Below, one piece after another: positions 17,486 through 29,610 of a stretch of DNA of 64,000 nt. Numbering within the stretch: the stretch's first letter is position 1; the number at the start of each line of letters is the position of its first letter. Both the position numbers and the translations under genes were made by a program. The stretch covers positions 842,272 to 906,271 of the forward strand of contig JAHDYR010000053.1 in the NCBI GenBank assembly GCA_019828565.1, in the 5' to 3' direction. The stretch is from Carpediemonas membranifera BICM. Its lineage: Eukaryota; Protista; Fornicata. The notes beneath the pieces were generated by a model that saw only the letters and a list, made by a program, of their open reading frames with translations, did not search any database and was not told the origin of the DNA.

Positions 17486-17817
17486 GGACATGGTAAAGCA
17501 GTATTCTTTCAAGGAACAAGCAACATTTTCTTTATAATTCACAAGCCCTGGCTCCCACCCAGGGCCCGGCATTAGCTGAAATGCACTGCCGGTAGGCTGT
17601 AGCGGCAGCCAAAGGGGGGGTCACGTCATATCGTCCCCCTCCTAAGTACCCTGCCCGAAGAATGGAAGGTCACCAGGTGGTAACAAGGTTGGCCTGACAA
17701 GGGTCACCGAGACCGGCATCTAGGCCCCTTGTTAGGACAAGGATAGCAGGAGAGGAGCGGGAAGCTGGGGCTCCCAAATTCTGGGAATTCGCAGGATAAG
17801 GAAACAGGACAAAGGCA

Positions 17818-20800
17818 ATGGTAACCTACAAGATACTTAGTCTGAACACAGAGGGACACATAGGAAGAGGAAAGGACTTCACGGCGTCTATGGCAACGGC
17901 GATTCAGCTAAGGTTGAAGGACATAGAGGCAGTACTCATACAAGAGACATGGAGAACGGCGAATACGAGGGTTCATTGCTTCATGGACCTTGACTACGCA
18001 CTAGCAGGGAGGGAGACGGAAGAGGACCTGGTCTTAGCCAACGAAAAACGAAAGGCGGATGTCAAAAGTCAGCACCGCATCAACCGACAACTAGGCATAG
18101 CAGGCAATGACGAACCTGCGCCAAGATGGAAGGGAACAAGGGAAGGCATCGGCACGATAGTGAGCCCACACGCAACTGCAAAGTGGGACATCGGCATAAC
18201 GGACAGCCTATCGGGAAGAGTGCAAGCCAGCATAATGAGAACCGGCAGGGACATACTAGTCATCAACGTGTATGGCCCTCCATCCGGCCACAGCAAGCAG
18301 GAGAAGGATGGATTCAGGGACACTATACAGAAGATCATGGACATGAAAGGGAGCATGGAGGCCATAATTATGGGAGACTGGAACATCGACCCAGGCCAGA
18401 TGGAAAGATCCACCCGGTGGAAGGATATGATGGAGAAGCACAGGCTCAAAGCCATCATACCCAAGTCTGGGACGCTCACATCAGGAACATCAACCCCGGA
18501 CTTTGCAGTGACAACACCAGGAATCCAGGGGGCGGAGATTGAGGTGGTAGAGTCTCAGAAGGTCGGGGTATGGGGCTCAGCACACAATGGAATCACACTA
18601 GCATGGAAGGAACAACGGTACTATGGCAGAAGTGAGCGAGACGTGGCTCTGGCCATACCCGAGGTGCACACCTGGCCCATGAAAAGAAGGAGGGGCCAGT
18701 CACAGTCTCAAAGCTGAACAGGATCAAGAGCTCGGACCAATGGGAAGAGACTATAAGAGCATGCATGGGCGACCCAGTGAACAACAGGGGAGCAAAGGCA
18801 AGGGACAAAGTGTTCGGGAACGGAGTGTGGAGCGAACTCCAGCGAACCCCATGGACAGAAATAGGCAACAGGACCAGGAAGGAAAGGATGAAAGAGGAGC
18901 TGGAGAAATACTGGGGAGAGCGCAGGGCCAAATGGGTGGCCGACATCAGCAGAAGTGCAAAAAGGGGGTATAGGGCCTCAAGGGCCTCAGTGGAAGCTGT
19001 CCCAATCAATTGATTAAACCTCTTTCGCTAGCTGTTCTATCCATACCACAGTGATCACTGTCATGGTTTTAGTCAGCAACAGCCGTTTAGACGAGTATCG
19101 TCTTCATGTTGCAAGCAAAAAGCAGCCGTCTAGCATCCTCTTTTTCCTCGGGAGCGAGAAACTAGCCGAAATCCGCGCGGCGTTCATCCCGACAACGAGA
19201 TTCCCAACATTCGAGGATTTCCAATGCTTCTTTGAGACAGAGATCCGTCCTCCCATTCATAAGCCTTCCGAGCAGAATGAACCCGAGAAGAACGACGACG
19301 ACAAATCGGCCGAGGAGCTCAGCGCTCTCCTGGCCAAGCTCAAGGATATAGACACCCAAGCGGCCTCGATCGCTTCAGACGAGCTGAAGCAGGCCTTCAT
19401 CACCGCAGCCCTCAAGGCGGTCAGTCCGCCACCGACGGCCCCAGACACCTCGACCAACGCCTCAGAGCGCCTCTCGAGGGAGGAGCTCCGCGAGCGGGCG
19501 GACCTCTTGCTCACCTACACCGCGTACTTCGAGCTGACACCCGCCCAGCGGGCTAACCCAACCGCTCGCGCGGCGGCGATCCTGGAAAGGACCACGCTCA
19601 CAGGTGGAGACATCACCTCTATGCAGAAGATGTTCCTAGCTTTCGGCAAGCACTGTCGCCAGCTGAACCCCAAGTTCCCGACAGAAGAAAACGGTTACAC
19701 GCCCCTCACCGAGAAGAGGCTGATATCCACGCTTTTCCGCGTGCTGACCCGCGGTTTTGACGTCACCGAAGCCGCCCTCGCCTTCGAGGATTTCGCCGAC
19801 GGCGCCACCACCATCGATGACGTCCAGCACCGCATCCTGGCTTTGCCAACTAACTCCGATGGGACGATCGTCACGCCTTGGTCCTTCTGCCAGAGGACCT
19901 CCGGTCCCATGGCAGGCGCCAAGGTCCCCGCTACACCGGGCAACGGCCGCAAGACCTGCCGCGTCCACGGTCCCGGCGGCCACTCTACTGAAGAGTGCCG
20001 GCTGCTGAAGCGCCAGAGTCAGGCTAACAGAGCCACACCGGCGGGCCGCCAACCTCAAGATCCCCGCCAGGGCCAGGCCTCTCAACGCACACCACACCAA
20101 GCCTCAGCCGCCCAGCAGAACCAGTCACGCCAGCCGCAGGCAGGTTGGTCCCCAACGACAGGCCGCTGGACAACCACAGCAGCCCCAGCAACCATCGACG
20201 TCGAAGGGTCCTTGGCAGTTCAGGCAGAACCCCAAGCAGGCCACACCATTCACACCGACACCCCCAACAAGCCCCAACAAGGCAGCGTTCAGAACGTAGA
20301 GCATGCCGAGCACGCTTACTCGCCGGGCCGGCTTCTCCGGATTCCAGTGACGATAGGTGACACGCTTATCTCAGCGACGGTCGACCCTGGCTCCGTAGTG
20401 TCCACCATCTCGCTGGACCTCGCCAACGCACTCGCCCAGTTTGGCAGGAGGGGCCCCGACATGGTCCAGCTGACGGGCCCTGACGACCAAGGTCTCCAGC
20501 AACACGGCACCTTCGAGACAACGCTGGTCGCGGACCGCTTGGGCGACCGCCGAACGATCATCGATTGGCCCCTGCACGTCATCAGCGGCAGGGCCGATAA
20601 GGTCCTCATCGGCTCGGATATATTGTGGTTCTTAGGCCTCATGTCCGACGAGGGCATCATGCTTCGCCTCCGCCCGCAAGTTCACGACGGCGAGGACGAA
20701 GGCCTCCCCGACGACCAGACCGATGACTTCCACGCAGTCAACAACATCGTCAGCGACGACGCGGGCCCACTTGGCACACGCATCGCAAGCGACTTCCCGC

Positions 20801-23800
20801 TCAAAGCCGAGATGGCTGATGTCATCCGCCGGCACGCACCGGTATTCGGCGAGCTGCACCCTGACGGCGCCCAGATCGCCGCCGCAACGATTGACATCGT
20901 GCCAGGCGCACCCCTACCCAACCATGCCCCTCGACCGCTCACGGCATCCACCGCCGAAAGAGTGCACGAGATTATCGACGACATGGACAGACAGGGCATC
21001 GTACGCGATTCCTACAGCCACGTGGCATCCGCAGCCGTCATCGTAGTGAAGAAGTCAAGCGAGTTACGACTTTGCGCCGACTACCGCGAGCTTAACTCGG
21101 TAACTACACCAGACAGGTTCCCCCTCGCAGATATCCGCACCTTCACCAACGACTTCATCGGTGCCAAGTACTTCTTCGCTTGTGACCTCCGGTCAGGTTT
21201 TCATCAAATGCCAGTACGCGAAGACCACAAGTACCTCACCGCTATAACGCTGCCAGGCCGGTTCAAAGAGTACAACTTTGCACCCTTTGGTCTTCGTAAC
21301 CTACCGTCACAGTTCCAGCGGGCCATCCAGGCAATCCTTGCCCCTGTGCGCGCCGACGGTACGAAGAACTACATCGATGACATCTTTGGTCGAGCCAAGA
21401 CACCTCAGGAGCTTCTAGACCACGTCGACCGCCTACTCTGTATCGCAGAGGAACGCAACGTCCGCCTCCGCGGCGACAAGTGTGTCTTCGGGGCGACGTC
21501 TATCGAGATCCTCGGCGATATCGTCGATGGCAAGGGCCGCCGCATGAGCCCTACTCGTGTCAGATCCATGCAGGACCTCGCCGCACCTCACTCGGTCAAG
21601 GACCTACGCATGATCATCGGTATGTTCACATACCTCAGTGACTATATCCCCGACTGCCAGACACGCCTCAAGCCGCTCCAGGCCTTGGTCAGCAAGGTCC
21701 CACCCTACACCTTCAACGACTGGGACGACACGCTTCAGGCTCTGTTTGATCAGCTCAAGCAGGCCGTGACAGACGAAGAGGTCCTCGCCCATCCGGACCA
21801 GAGCAGGCCCTGGCGCCTCGAGACCGACGCCTCTCTCGAAGGCATCGGCGGTGTCTTACTGCAGCTTGACTCGGACAACACATGGCGCGTCGTGTCATTC
21901 TTCTCAAAGGTCTTCAACGACACACAGTCGCGTTGGTGCACGTACGACCAGGAGCTGTTCGCGATCATCTACTGCCTCACTCGGCCTGACCTCTCGCCCA
22001 TCTTTAGAGTCCACCAGGACCTGACGATCTGGACGGACCACCGCAACTTGGTCTACCTGCACTCCAAGGCTGGCCAGGAAAACCGTAAGCACCTCCGCTG
22101 GCTGCTTATGATCCAAGAGTTCGAGTTCGTCATCAGACACATCGCAGGCGCGCAGAACACACTGGCCTACGCACTCAGTCGATACAACCCGCAGGCCACA
22201 GTCACGCAGGTCAACAACGTCTCAGAGGCCGAGCTCGACGAAGACGCCAAGCGCAAGATCGTGCAAGAAGCTCACCGATACCACGAGGGCGAGCAGGCCA
22301 CCATCAGGAACGTCCGCCAGCTTGGGCACGATTGGCCAGGCCTCCACTCCGACGTGCACGCAGTCGTGTCAACCTGCGTGTACTGCGCTAAGGCACGCCT
22401 CTCCGCTTTCATTAAGACCACAACGCAGTCTTCTCTGCGCGACCGACCCTTCCAGACCATCGCTGTAGACACCATGGGTCCTTTCCCTGTCGACTCCGAG
22501 GGTTTCAGATACATCGTGGTGGCAACCGACATGTTTACCCGCTTCACGGAGCTCATCCCCACAGCTTCCAACAACGCGACGACGGTCGGGCTGGCACTTT
22601 GGTCCATCATCGGACGCTACGGTGTGCCTCGCGAGTTCCTTTCGGACAACGGCCCCGAGTACCGCAATCGGATGATAGAAGCTTTCCTTGATCGCTTGCA
22701 GGTCACGTACCACCGGACAATCCCTTTCCACCCTCAGTCAAACGGCCTGGCCGAGAGACGCAACCAGGAAGTCAAGCGACACTTACGTGTGCTCTGTCTG
22801 ATGTTTGACCGTTACGACGCCTGGGCCTCCGTGGTCCCATACGTCCAGTACATCCTGAACACTACGGTCCACTCCGTCACCGGCGTCGAACCCATTGCTC
22901 TCTTGATGGGCAAGCATGCCTCCGCTCGCGACTTCACGATCGCACCCAAGGAGGAGGGTAGAGTTCATACTCCCCTGGACGACATAGCCTCCTACATCGA
23001 CGCGCTCACCGAGCACCTCCAGATCCTCGCCGACCAGGCCCTCAACCGCCAGCAGGCAATGACAAGGACCGCAGAGCCGACGCCCCCGATCGAGCCGGGC
23101 ACTCTGGTCCTTCGTAAGAACGAGAGCCCCACGAAGCTACACGGCCACCGCGGCCCATTCCGCATCACAGCCGCCGACGGTTACGCAGCGGAGATCACGC
23201 CGCTCACTGGCGGCAAGAGCCGCCGGGTCCACCTGAGCCAGTTAATCCGCATCTGCCAAGGCCCCCTCAGCGACGCCGAACTGTTGCGCATCGCGGCTAC
23301 CGACGACGAGGAGTATTACGTCGAGAAAGTCCTAGAGGTCGACGACGAGACTGGCGACCTCCTCATTAAGTGGCTCGGCTTCCCTGAGGCTAAGGCCACG
23401 TGGGAGGGTCCCAACTCTGACGCCGCCCGCACGTCCGTCGTGCGCCGTCACCTCGAGGAGAGGGGTAGTGTCCCAATCAATTGATTAAACCTCTTTCGCT
23501 AGCTGTTCTATCCATACCACAGAAGCTGCCATCAGAAGGTGGTGGTGTGACAACCAATACAAGGGAATGCCGGAGAGCCTCCTCAAGGACGGAGTGATAA
23601 CCACGGACAAGGCGGCCATCAGCGAGATCCTCTTGCAACAGTATGCTAGAGTCAGCAGAGGCAGGGAACCCACCTGGAAGACATGGAGGGGCAGGGACGG
23701 AAATGAGTTCAAGGAAAGCGAGGTCAAAGCCGCAATCAAAAGGATCAGGAGGGACACCGCACCAGGGCCTGACCTCACATCTGGAGACATGCTGAGAGAG

Positions 23801-25728
23801 CTGGATGAGAAAGGCCTTAGGGAAGTGACGAGGCTCATCAACAGGGTCTACAGGGAGGGCGACGTACCCAAAGCATGGAAGTATGCCACAGTGTCGGCCA
23901 TACACAAGACAGGGAAGCCAAGGGTCAAGCCGGAATCATATAGACCAATATCCTTGACACCACTGCTGTACAGGGTCTATGGTAGATTGCTCAAGATACG
24001 TCTGGAAGCAGCAACGAAAAGGTTCATACCAAGAGAACAGGCTGGTTTCCAGTCAGACAGGGACGTCATCCAGCAGATACAGTACATTGTGCAGCGGCAC
24101 CAGGAGGGGGGTGAGACCACGTCAATCTTTCTGGACATCGAGAAGGCATATGACACGGTACCAAGGGACATTCTCATGGATAAGCTACAGGGTATGGGGG
24201 TGGAGGAGCACTTGATCAGGGCAATTCAAGGCACAATAAAGGAAACCTGGATATCAGTCAAGGGGGCAAAGGCATGGGAAAGAACCAACAGGGGGAGTTA
24301 AGCAAGGGTGCGTCCTGGCACCGACACTGTTTGTGCTGTTCATGGCTAACTGGCCCCACCTGGCCAGAAAGAAAATCAAGGGAGAACGGTACGACATCAG
24401 AGAACCGCCAAGGACCACGAGCCACCTCAGCGACCGACTACCGGCAGCACTTACCATGTTTGTGGATGACACTGCGGTCACAGGGAGCAAACCGGAGCAT
24501 AGCCAGATGGTCGCCAACATAATGGTGGACATAATCAGAGAGCATGAAATGAGGGTGAACGCCCAGAAGAATGTAATGATTAGCGTGGACAGAACAGCCC
24601 TAGTCAGGATCGAGGGGGTAACACTACTGCCAGAGAAGGAGGCGAGATACCTGGGATTATGGATCGCAAGTGGGAAGGACCCTATGTCGGCCTGCATAAG
24701 GCGGAAACAGGAGCAGAGCGAAAGGTACAAGAGACTGGTGAGATGGGCAGGGTGGACCAGGGCAAACATGCCAGCACTAGCGAGCAGGCTACTACTGGAA
24801 ATATATATATGGCCCAGGATCCTCTTCGGAGTCGAGGTGTGGGGGAACGCACCGGGAGGTAGAAGGATCTGGAATGACTGGCAGGGAATCATGGCAGGAA
24901 CAGGACCGGGAGGGGGCGCAGCCATGAGGCTGATGAATGGATGGGTGGACCTCCAGGCACACATGGAATGGCTGGCAGTCAAAAGGATAGTCAACTACAG
25001 GGACCAGGATATACCAGTCAGAAACAGAGAATGGGGGCGGGGCACGGTTATGTGGGAAGCTAGGGAGAGAGTGCAGCATCTACTGGAGGGCACCAGAGAG
25101 GGAGCCCCTAAACCAGCGCTACTGGATTATGGCATGGAAACGATCAGGAGGGGGTGGATGAAGCGGTGCAAAAGCCGTACGGCACTAGGACTAATGGAAA
25201 TCATGGGGACAAGGAAATTAAGCAAGTGTCTGCAAGGTAAGCCTACGGTAGACCGAAAGGCTGGGAAGGGGCAAAGCAGGGCGGAATGGAAGAGAATTGT
25301 ATCCATTGCAGCCAATGTCAGCCCATCCCCATCGTCGGCAGAGAGAGGGGAGGGCCCTATGAGAGCCATCACAGAGCTGGCCCAAGGCGCTGACCTGAAG
25401 AGAGAAATTAGCAGACTATGCCCCCTATGCTCGGAGGAGTCGGAGGTGAGCCTGTTCTACAGGATCATTAGGGAAAAAGCCAGGACCAGCAAGGAAGCAG
25501 GAAATGATCAGGGAGTGGGCAGAGGGCCAGAGGCTAGGATCGGCAGCGCACATAATCTGTGAATGCCCGGCAGTAGACAGGGGAGAAGCTTGGACAAAGC
25601 TGTGGACAGCAGCGAAGCACAAAACTAAGGACTTGGAAGTAAGGCAGGGCCCCCAGGGCGAATGGTACCAGGAAAGACCCATCCTAGAATTACAGCAACT
25701 AATAATATGGGGCTCGGAGGACATTTAG
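17818..25728 (+). CDS. LINE ORF2: AP endonuclease, reverse transcriptase and C-terminal C/H zinc motif; interrupted by element C and three frameshifts
   Basis: ILSLNTEG, LIQETW, NVYGP, MGDWN, PDF, SAHN (APE); APGPD, YRPISL, QAGF, FLDIEKAYDTV, GVKQGCVLAPTLF, FVDD, YLG (RT); CPLC...HIICEC. Confidence 0.9.
18998..23521 (+). mobile_element. LTR element C: intact 4524-bp Gypsy/chromovirus-like retrotransposon with 53-bp LTRs
   Basis: Identical LTRs 18998-19050 and 23469-23521; TSD GAAGC; PPT GAGGAGAGGGGTAG. Confidence 0.97.
19063..23484 (+). CDS. Element C single gag-pol polyprotein (1473 aa): Gag, PR, RT, RNase H, IN, chromodomain
   Basis: CRVHGPGGHSTEEC, VDPGS, LCADYRELN, DLRSGFHQ, YIDD, ETDAS...DQEL, H-H-CVYC, DTMGP/SDNG/AERRN, EYYVEKV...IKWLG; stop codon lies inside the 3' LTR. 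Confidence 0.96.
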   Translation: MVLVSNSRLDEYRLHVASKKQPSSILFFLGSEKLAEIRAAFIPTTRFPTFEDFQCFFETEIRPPIHKPSEQNEPEKNDDDKSAEELSALLAKLKDIDTQAASIASDELKQAFITAALKAVSPPPTAPDTSTNASERLSREELRERADLLLTYTAYFELTPAQRANPTARAAAILERTTLTGGDITSMQKMFLAFGKHCRQLNPKFPTEENGYTPLTEKRLISTLFRVLTRGFDVTEAALAFEDFADGATTIDDVQHRILALPTNSDGTIVTPWSFCQRTSGPMAGAKVPATPGNGRKTCRVHGPGGHSTEECRLLKRQSQANRATPAGRQPQDPRQGQASQRTPHQASAAQQNQSRQPQAGWSPTTGRWTTTAAPATIDVEGSLAVQAEPQAGHTIHTDTPNKPQQGSVQNVEHAEHAYSPGRLLRIPVTIGDTLISATVDPGSVVSTISLDLANALAQFGRRGPDMVQLTGPDDQGLQQHGTFETTLVADRLGDRRTIIDWPLHVISGRADKVLIGSDILWFLGLMSDEGIMLRLRPQVHDGEDEGLPDDQTDDFHAVNNIVSDDAGPLGTRIASDFPLKAEMADVIRRHAPVFGELHPDGAQIAAATIDIVPGAPLPNHAPRPLTASTAERVHEIIDDMDRQGIVRDSYSHVASAAVIVVKKSSELRLCADYRELNSVTTPDRFPLADIRTFTNDFIGAKYFFACDLRSGFHQMPVREDHKYLTAITLPGRFKEYNFAPFGLRNLPSQFQRAIQAILAPVRADGTKNYIDDIFGRAKTPQELLDHVDRLLCIAEERNVRLRGDKCVFGATSIEILGDIVDGKGRRMSPTRVRSMQDLAAPHSVKDLRMIIGMFTYLSDYIPDCQTRLKPLQALVSKVPPYTFNDWDDTLQALFDQLKQAVTDEEVLAHPDQSRPWRLETDASLEGIGGVLLQLDSDNTWRVVSFFSKVFNDTQSRWCTYDQELFAIIYCLTRPDLSPIFRVHQDLTIWTDHRNLVYLHSKAGQENRKHLRWLLMIQEFEFVIRHIAGAQNTLAYALSRYNPQATVTQVNNVSEAELDEDAKRKIVQEAHRYHEGEQATIRNVRQLGHDWPGLHSDVHAVVSTCVYCAKARLSAFIKTTTQSSLRDRPFQTIAVDTMGPFPVDSEGFRYIVVATDMFTRFTELIPTASNNATTVGLALWSIIGRYGVPREFLSDNGPEYRNRMIEAFLDRLQVTYHRTIPFHPQSNGLAERRNQEVKRHLRVLCLMFDRYDAWASVVPYVQYILNTTVHSVTGVEPIALLMGKHASARDFTIAPKEEGRVHTPLDDIASYIDALTEHLQILADQALNRQQAMTRTAEPTPPIEPGTLVLRKNESPTKLHGHRGPFRITAADGYAAEITPLTGGKSRRVHLSQLIRICQGPLSDAELLRIAATDDEEYYVEKVLEVDDETGDLLIKWLGFPEAKATWEGPNSDAARTSVVRRHLEERGSVPIN

Positions 25729-26702
25729 GAAGGCCTCACGGCAGGACTACGGGAACTGGCAAAGGTTTACAACAGCTTCAAGGTGGAATAGAAGCATGTC
25801 ATGAACCCCTGACTCCAGGACCGGGAAGGGATGGACAAGGAATCAGCCATGGACCACCCTCGCTGGTGCTAAGCTCCTGGGATCAGTGAGGAAAGGCCCC
25901 ACGTATCCCGGTAGCCAGGAACCAAAGCAAGGGAAGGAACGACTGCAAGGAAAGAACAGGGAAGGACAGATCAGAAATAAGAAAGAAAGGACATGCAACA
26001 AGGACAGAGCAAGGATAAGGTCAAGGAAATCCATATTCATATGGTTGCACCACTCGTTGGGACCCCAAGGAAACTGCAGGGACTGGCCACGGGGGTCGGA
26101 GGGGCACAGGTGCCCCTGCCGCCCTTGTTAACGACATGGGAAACCAAGGACATGTAGTGCAAGCGAAATGTTGTAAGGGGTAACAGGACAACCAGGCCTA
26201 GTGCCTGGGGGTACACCACCCATGCCCTGACCCACGCCACCTAACCGGGGTAGACAGCATGGACTTAGTCACTTTCCCCGCCTTCGGGTAGGCTTCTTAA
26301 CAGAGTCGAGGGGGCATGGAATTGGGGAACCGGACAGACGAGAGGGTGCCGTGGCTGAACGGCTCTACAAGGACTGCAGGGAAGCAAGGAGTGTCATAGT
26401 CAAGGTTCTGCAGGACGATCCTGCCTGCCAATGCCCCGAGGACAGACCCCCAGGCTCCCCGGATAGTTGCCGGACTTTCAGGGAGACAGGAAAGCATATT
26501 TGCACGGAGATGGCCGCAGGGCCTCTGGGGCGATTGGAATCGGCTTTCCGCGGAGACAGTAGCACCGAAAGCCCAAGGCAAACGCTGCTGACCAGTTTGC
26601 CACGGGAAATAGGCAGTACCCCGGGGCACTCAGCTCCAAGACAACGGGAAACAAGCTCAGTCCGGGGTCAGAATCCAAGCACCATAAATTTCTTTCTTTC
26701 TT

Positions 26703-29610
26703 GCATGCAGCTGGCAGTGGGGGCAGGCCTTGATCCAGCGTCTGATGTCTTTGTACATGCCAGGCCACGTGGTCTTGGCGGCTTTGACACGGCGAATGCA
26801 CTCGTCGACGCCGAAGTGTCCGACCGCGTCATTGTGGACGGCGGAGAACTTGTCGAAGTGAGGCTCTTGGACGACAGCGTTGACTACAGGCGCGTCGGGG
26901 AGGATCCGGGAGAGGACGTCTGCAATGACGTTGTCGACGCCACGGACGTGCTGAATGGTGAAGCGAAACTCGGATAGTCGTAGGGCCCAGCGGAGAAGCT
27001 TTTTGACAGTCGGGGCCTTCCGTCTGAGTTGGACGAGGTTGCTATGGTCGGTGTGGACATGTAGGTCAGACTTGATCTGGAAGAGGGGTTCGAAGACCTT
27101 GTTGGTGAGGACAGAGATCACGGCATGCAACTCTTGTTCGTATGTTGACCAATTCGACATGGTCTTGTCGTAGGTCTTCTGGAAACAGGCCAGAATTGAG
27201 CGAGTACCGTCCTCCTCATCTTGTATTAGCACGCCTCCTTCGCCAAGTGATGAAGCGTCGGTGTAAATGTGCCAGGGTCTATCGAGGTCTGGGTATGTTA
27301 GGCTGATGTGAAGCGCCAACTGGGACTTGATGTCGTCAAAAGCAGTCAGTTGTTCCTCGCCGAAGACGAACTCGCCGGCTCTGAGTGACCGGTTGAGTGT
27401 GGCGAGTGACTTGGTGGCGTCAGGCAGGAACTGTGCGATGTAGTTGATCTTTCCGAGGATTGACTTCAACTCAGACTGGTCCCGGGGGGCCTGAGGCTGA
27501 CGATGGCCTGGATGCGGTCGGGGTCGACATGTATGCCATTTCGGTCGACGATAAAGCCGACCGATCTGACCTCGGAGGCGCCGATGACGCATTTTGCGGG
27601 CGAGAGCTTGAGGTTATGCTCCCGCAAGGCCATGAATATGGTGCGCAGGTCGTCGATGAACGTGTCATCTGAGTGGGCGGCCTCGAGGATGTCGTCGAGG
27701 TACGCCTTGCAGCGGCCGGTGGCAATGGCGGGTGCTATGACAGCCTGGATGGTACGCTGGAAGTACGAGGGCGCCGAGGCAAGGCCGAACGGGACGCGGG
27801 TGTACTGTAGGTAGTCGTCTGGCGTGACAAAGGCGGAGAGGGCTTGTGAATCTTCGTGGAGGGGAAGCTGGTGATATCCCTTGACGAGGTCAAGAGCAGC
27901 GAACCACTTCGCGCCGCGCATGGACATCAGAAACTCTCTGATGTTAGGTAGCGGGAAGTGATCCTCCACGAGGTGCTTGTTCAGCTCCGAGTAGTCGACG
28001 CACATGCGTGTCTTGTCTTTCTGCTTGACGAGGACGATAGGTGAGGCGAAAGGGCCTTTGGAGGGAGTGACGATGCCATTCTGGGCGAGCTCCGCTACGA
28101 TCTCCTTCGTCTTCTTCCTGTTATCAGGCGAGAGGCGGCGCGGCTTAATCTGCACGAGGGTATCGTCCTTGACGTGCAAGACCATGGGGGGAACGTTGGC
28201 CGGTTCAGGACCGAGCGGCTCGAAGATGTCTGAGAACTCTCGCAGAAGTGGCACGACGCGAGAGCGGAGCTCGTCCGAGGGTATTTGGACTGACTGCCAG
28301 CCCGAGCGGTAGTCTGCAAGGGCTGACTGTAGCCTTGATCCGGACACCGAGAACACTGGGAGGACGACGTCGTCAGCCGCTGGCGTAGAGTGTGTGAGCC
28401 CAAGCGATAGGCCGTCTGAAGTGAGAACGCCGAGGTCTCTGAGAGTGTCGCACCCGATTAGAGGACACTGGCGGCCAGGGAGGATGATGAAACGGACGGA
28501 GACAGCGACAGGGAATCCGGCGAGGCCTGTGAAGAGGATGGGCGCATCTACGGCCTGATTGACGGTGATTGAGCTGCCGTCGGCGAGAGTGACCGACACG
28601 GGGTCGATGCTGGTGCGGGGGAGCTGCCATATCTTTGCGTAACGATCACTCGTGCATGAGATTGCTGCGCCCGTGTCAATGATGGCTTGGAAGTGGGACG
28701 TGCCGCATGAGGCGGGCACCTTAAGGGCGTCGGCTCCGCGGCTTTTCGCGAAGTTGACCTGTGTCTGGGGACCACGTGACTGACGAGAGGGGCAATCTCG
28801 GTCGAAGTGGTTGCCCTGACAGTGGCGACAGGGGCGTGCCGGCTGCCGGGTGTTGTCACCCGAGGGCCCGGTGTTGCCGTTATTGTTGGCTGGAGTGGAG
28901 CTCTGGGCGTAGTAGCCGTAGCGGAGAGCCTCCTCGCGGGCGTTGTCGTCGCGTTTGGCAACGCGGAGGGCAAGGCGCTGGAGATCATCCATGGCGGTGG
29001 GCTTGCGTTCAGCCTTCTTGAACTTCATGACCTCCTTGAAGGGCTTCGGACGTAGGTTGTCGGTGAAGATCCTCATACAGTCTTTCAGAAAGCCTGAGGG
29101 GGATTGAGGATCGGGATCGTCGTCATCAGGGGCATCACCGTCGACGTGCCTTACAGGGACGATGGCTGCTTCTTCGTAGTCGCTGTCGGAGCTGCTGTCG
29201 GATTCGGAGTCGGAGTCGTTGTCGTCATCACGTTGTAGTACGGTGTGCAGGTTAAAAACCTCGTTGAAGCGGTGGATATAGTCTCGGACTAGAACGATTC
29301 TAGACTTCTTGTGCGTTGCGTCCACGGCACAGACAATCTTATCGAGACGTTCCTTGAGTGAGAGTAGGTCTCTTGGAGCGATCAGACGCTCGATGAGGTG
29401 ACCCACCTCTTCGTCAGTGAGCGTGTCCAGATCGGCATCGAACTGGAGCTCGAGGGCGTTGTAGAGGTCGTCGTCTAAAAACAGGGAGATCTTGGCCTCG
29501 GGGTAGTATACCTGGAACTTTCTGAATGAGCGCTTGGCGGCCCGCCAGGAGTCGGCGGAAAGACCGGCCAAGGGGATACTGGGCTGCTCTATGGGAGTAG
29601 GCAACACCAT
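26703..29610 (-). CDS. Element B gag-pol, 5' part: Gag, PR, RT, RNase H, IN zinc finger (one frameshift near 27485)
   Basis: CRHCQGNHFDRDC, IDTGA, MCVDYSELN, LDLVKGYHQ, YLDD, YTDAS, HNDAVGH...CPHC. Confidence 0.92.

Larger units (their letters stand above)
13509..26702 (+). mobile_element. Non-LTR retrotransposon (APE-RT LINE), ~8.7 kb without element C, probably 5'-truncated
   Basis: 12-bp TSD GCATGCAGCTGG (13497-13508, 26703-26714); (TTTC)n tail; APE and RT motifs; strongly purine-rich sense strand. Confidence 0.93.

Noticed and set aside
25729-26702. ORFs (e.g. 26351-26977) and a possible ribozyme in the LINE 3' UTR
   Set aside because: The ORFs have no motifs or run across the TSD into antisense pol; short hairpins exist but I found no hammerhead or HDV consensus.
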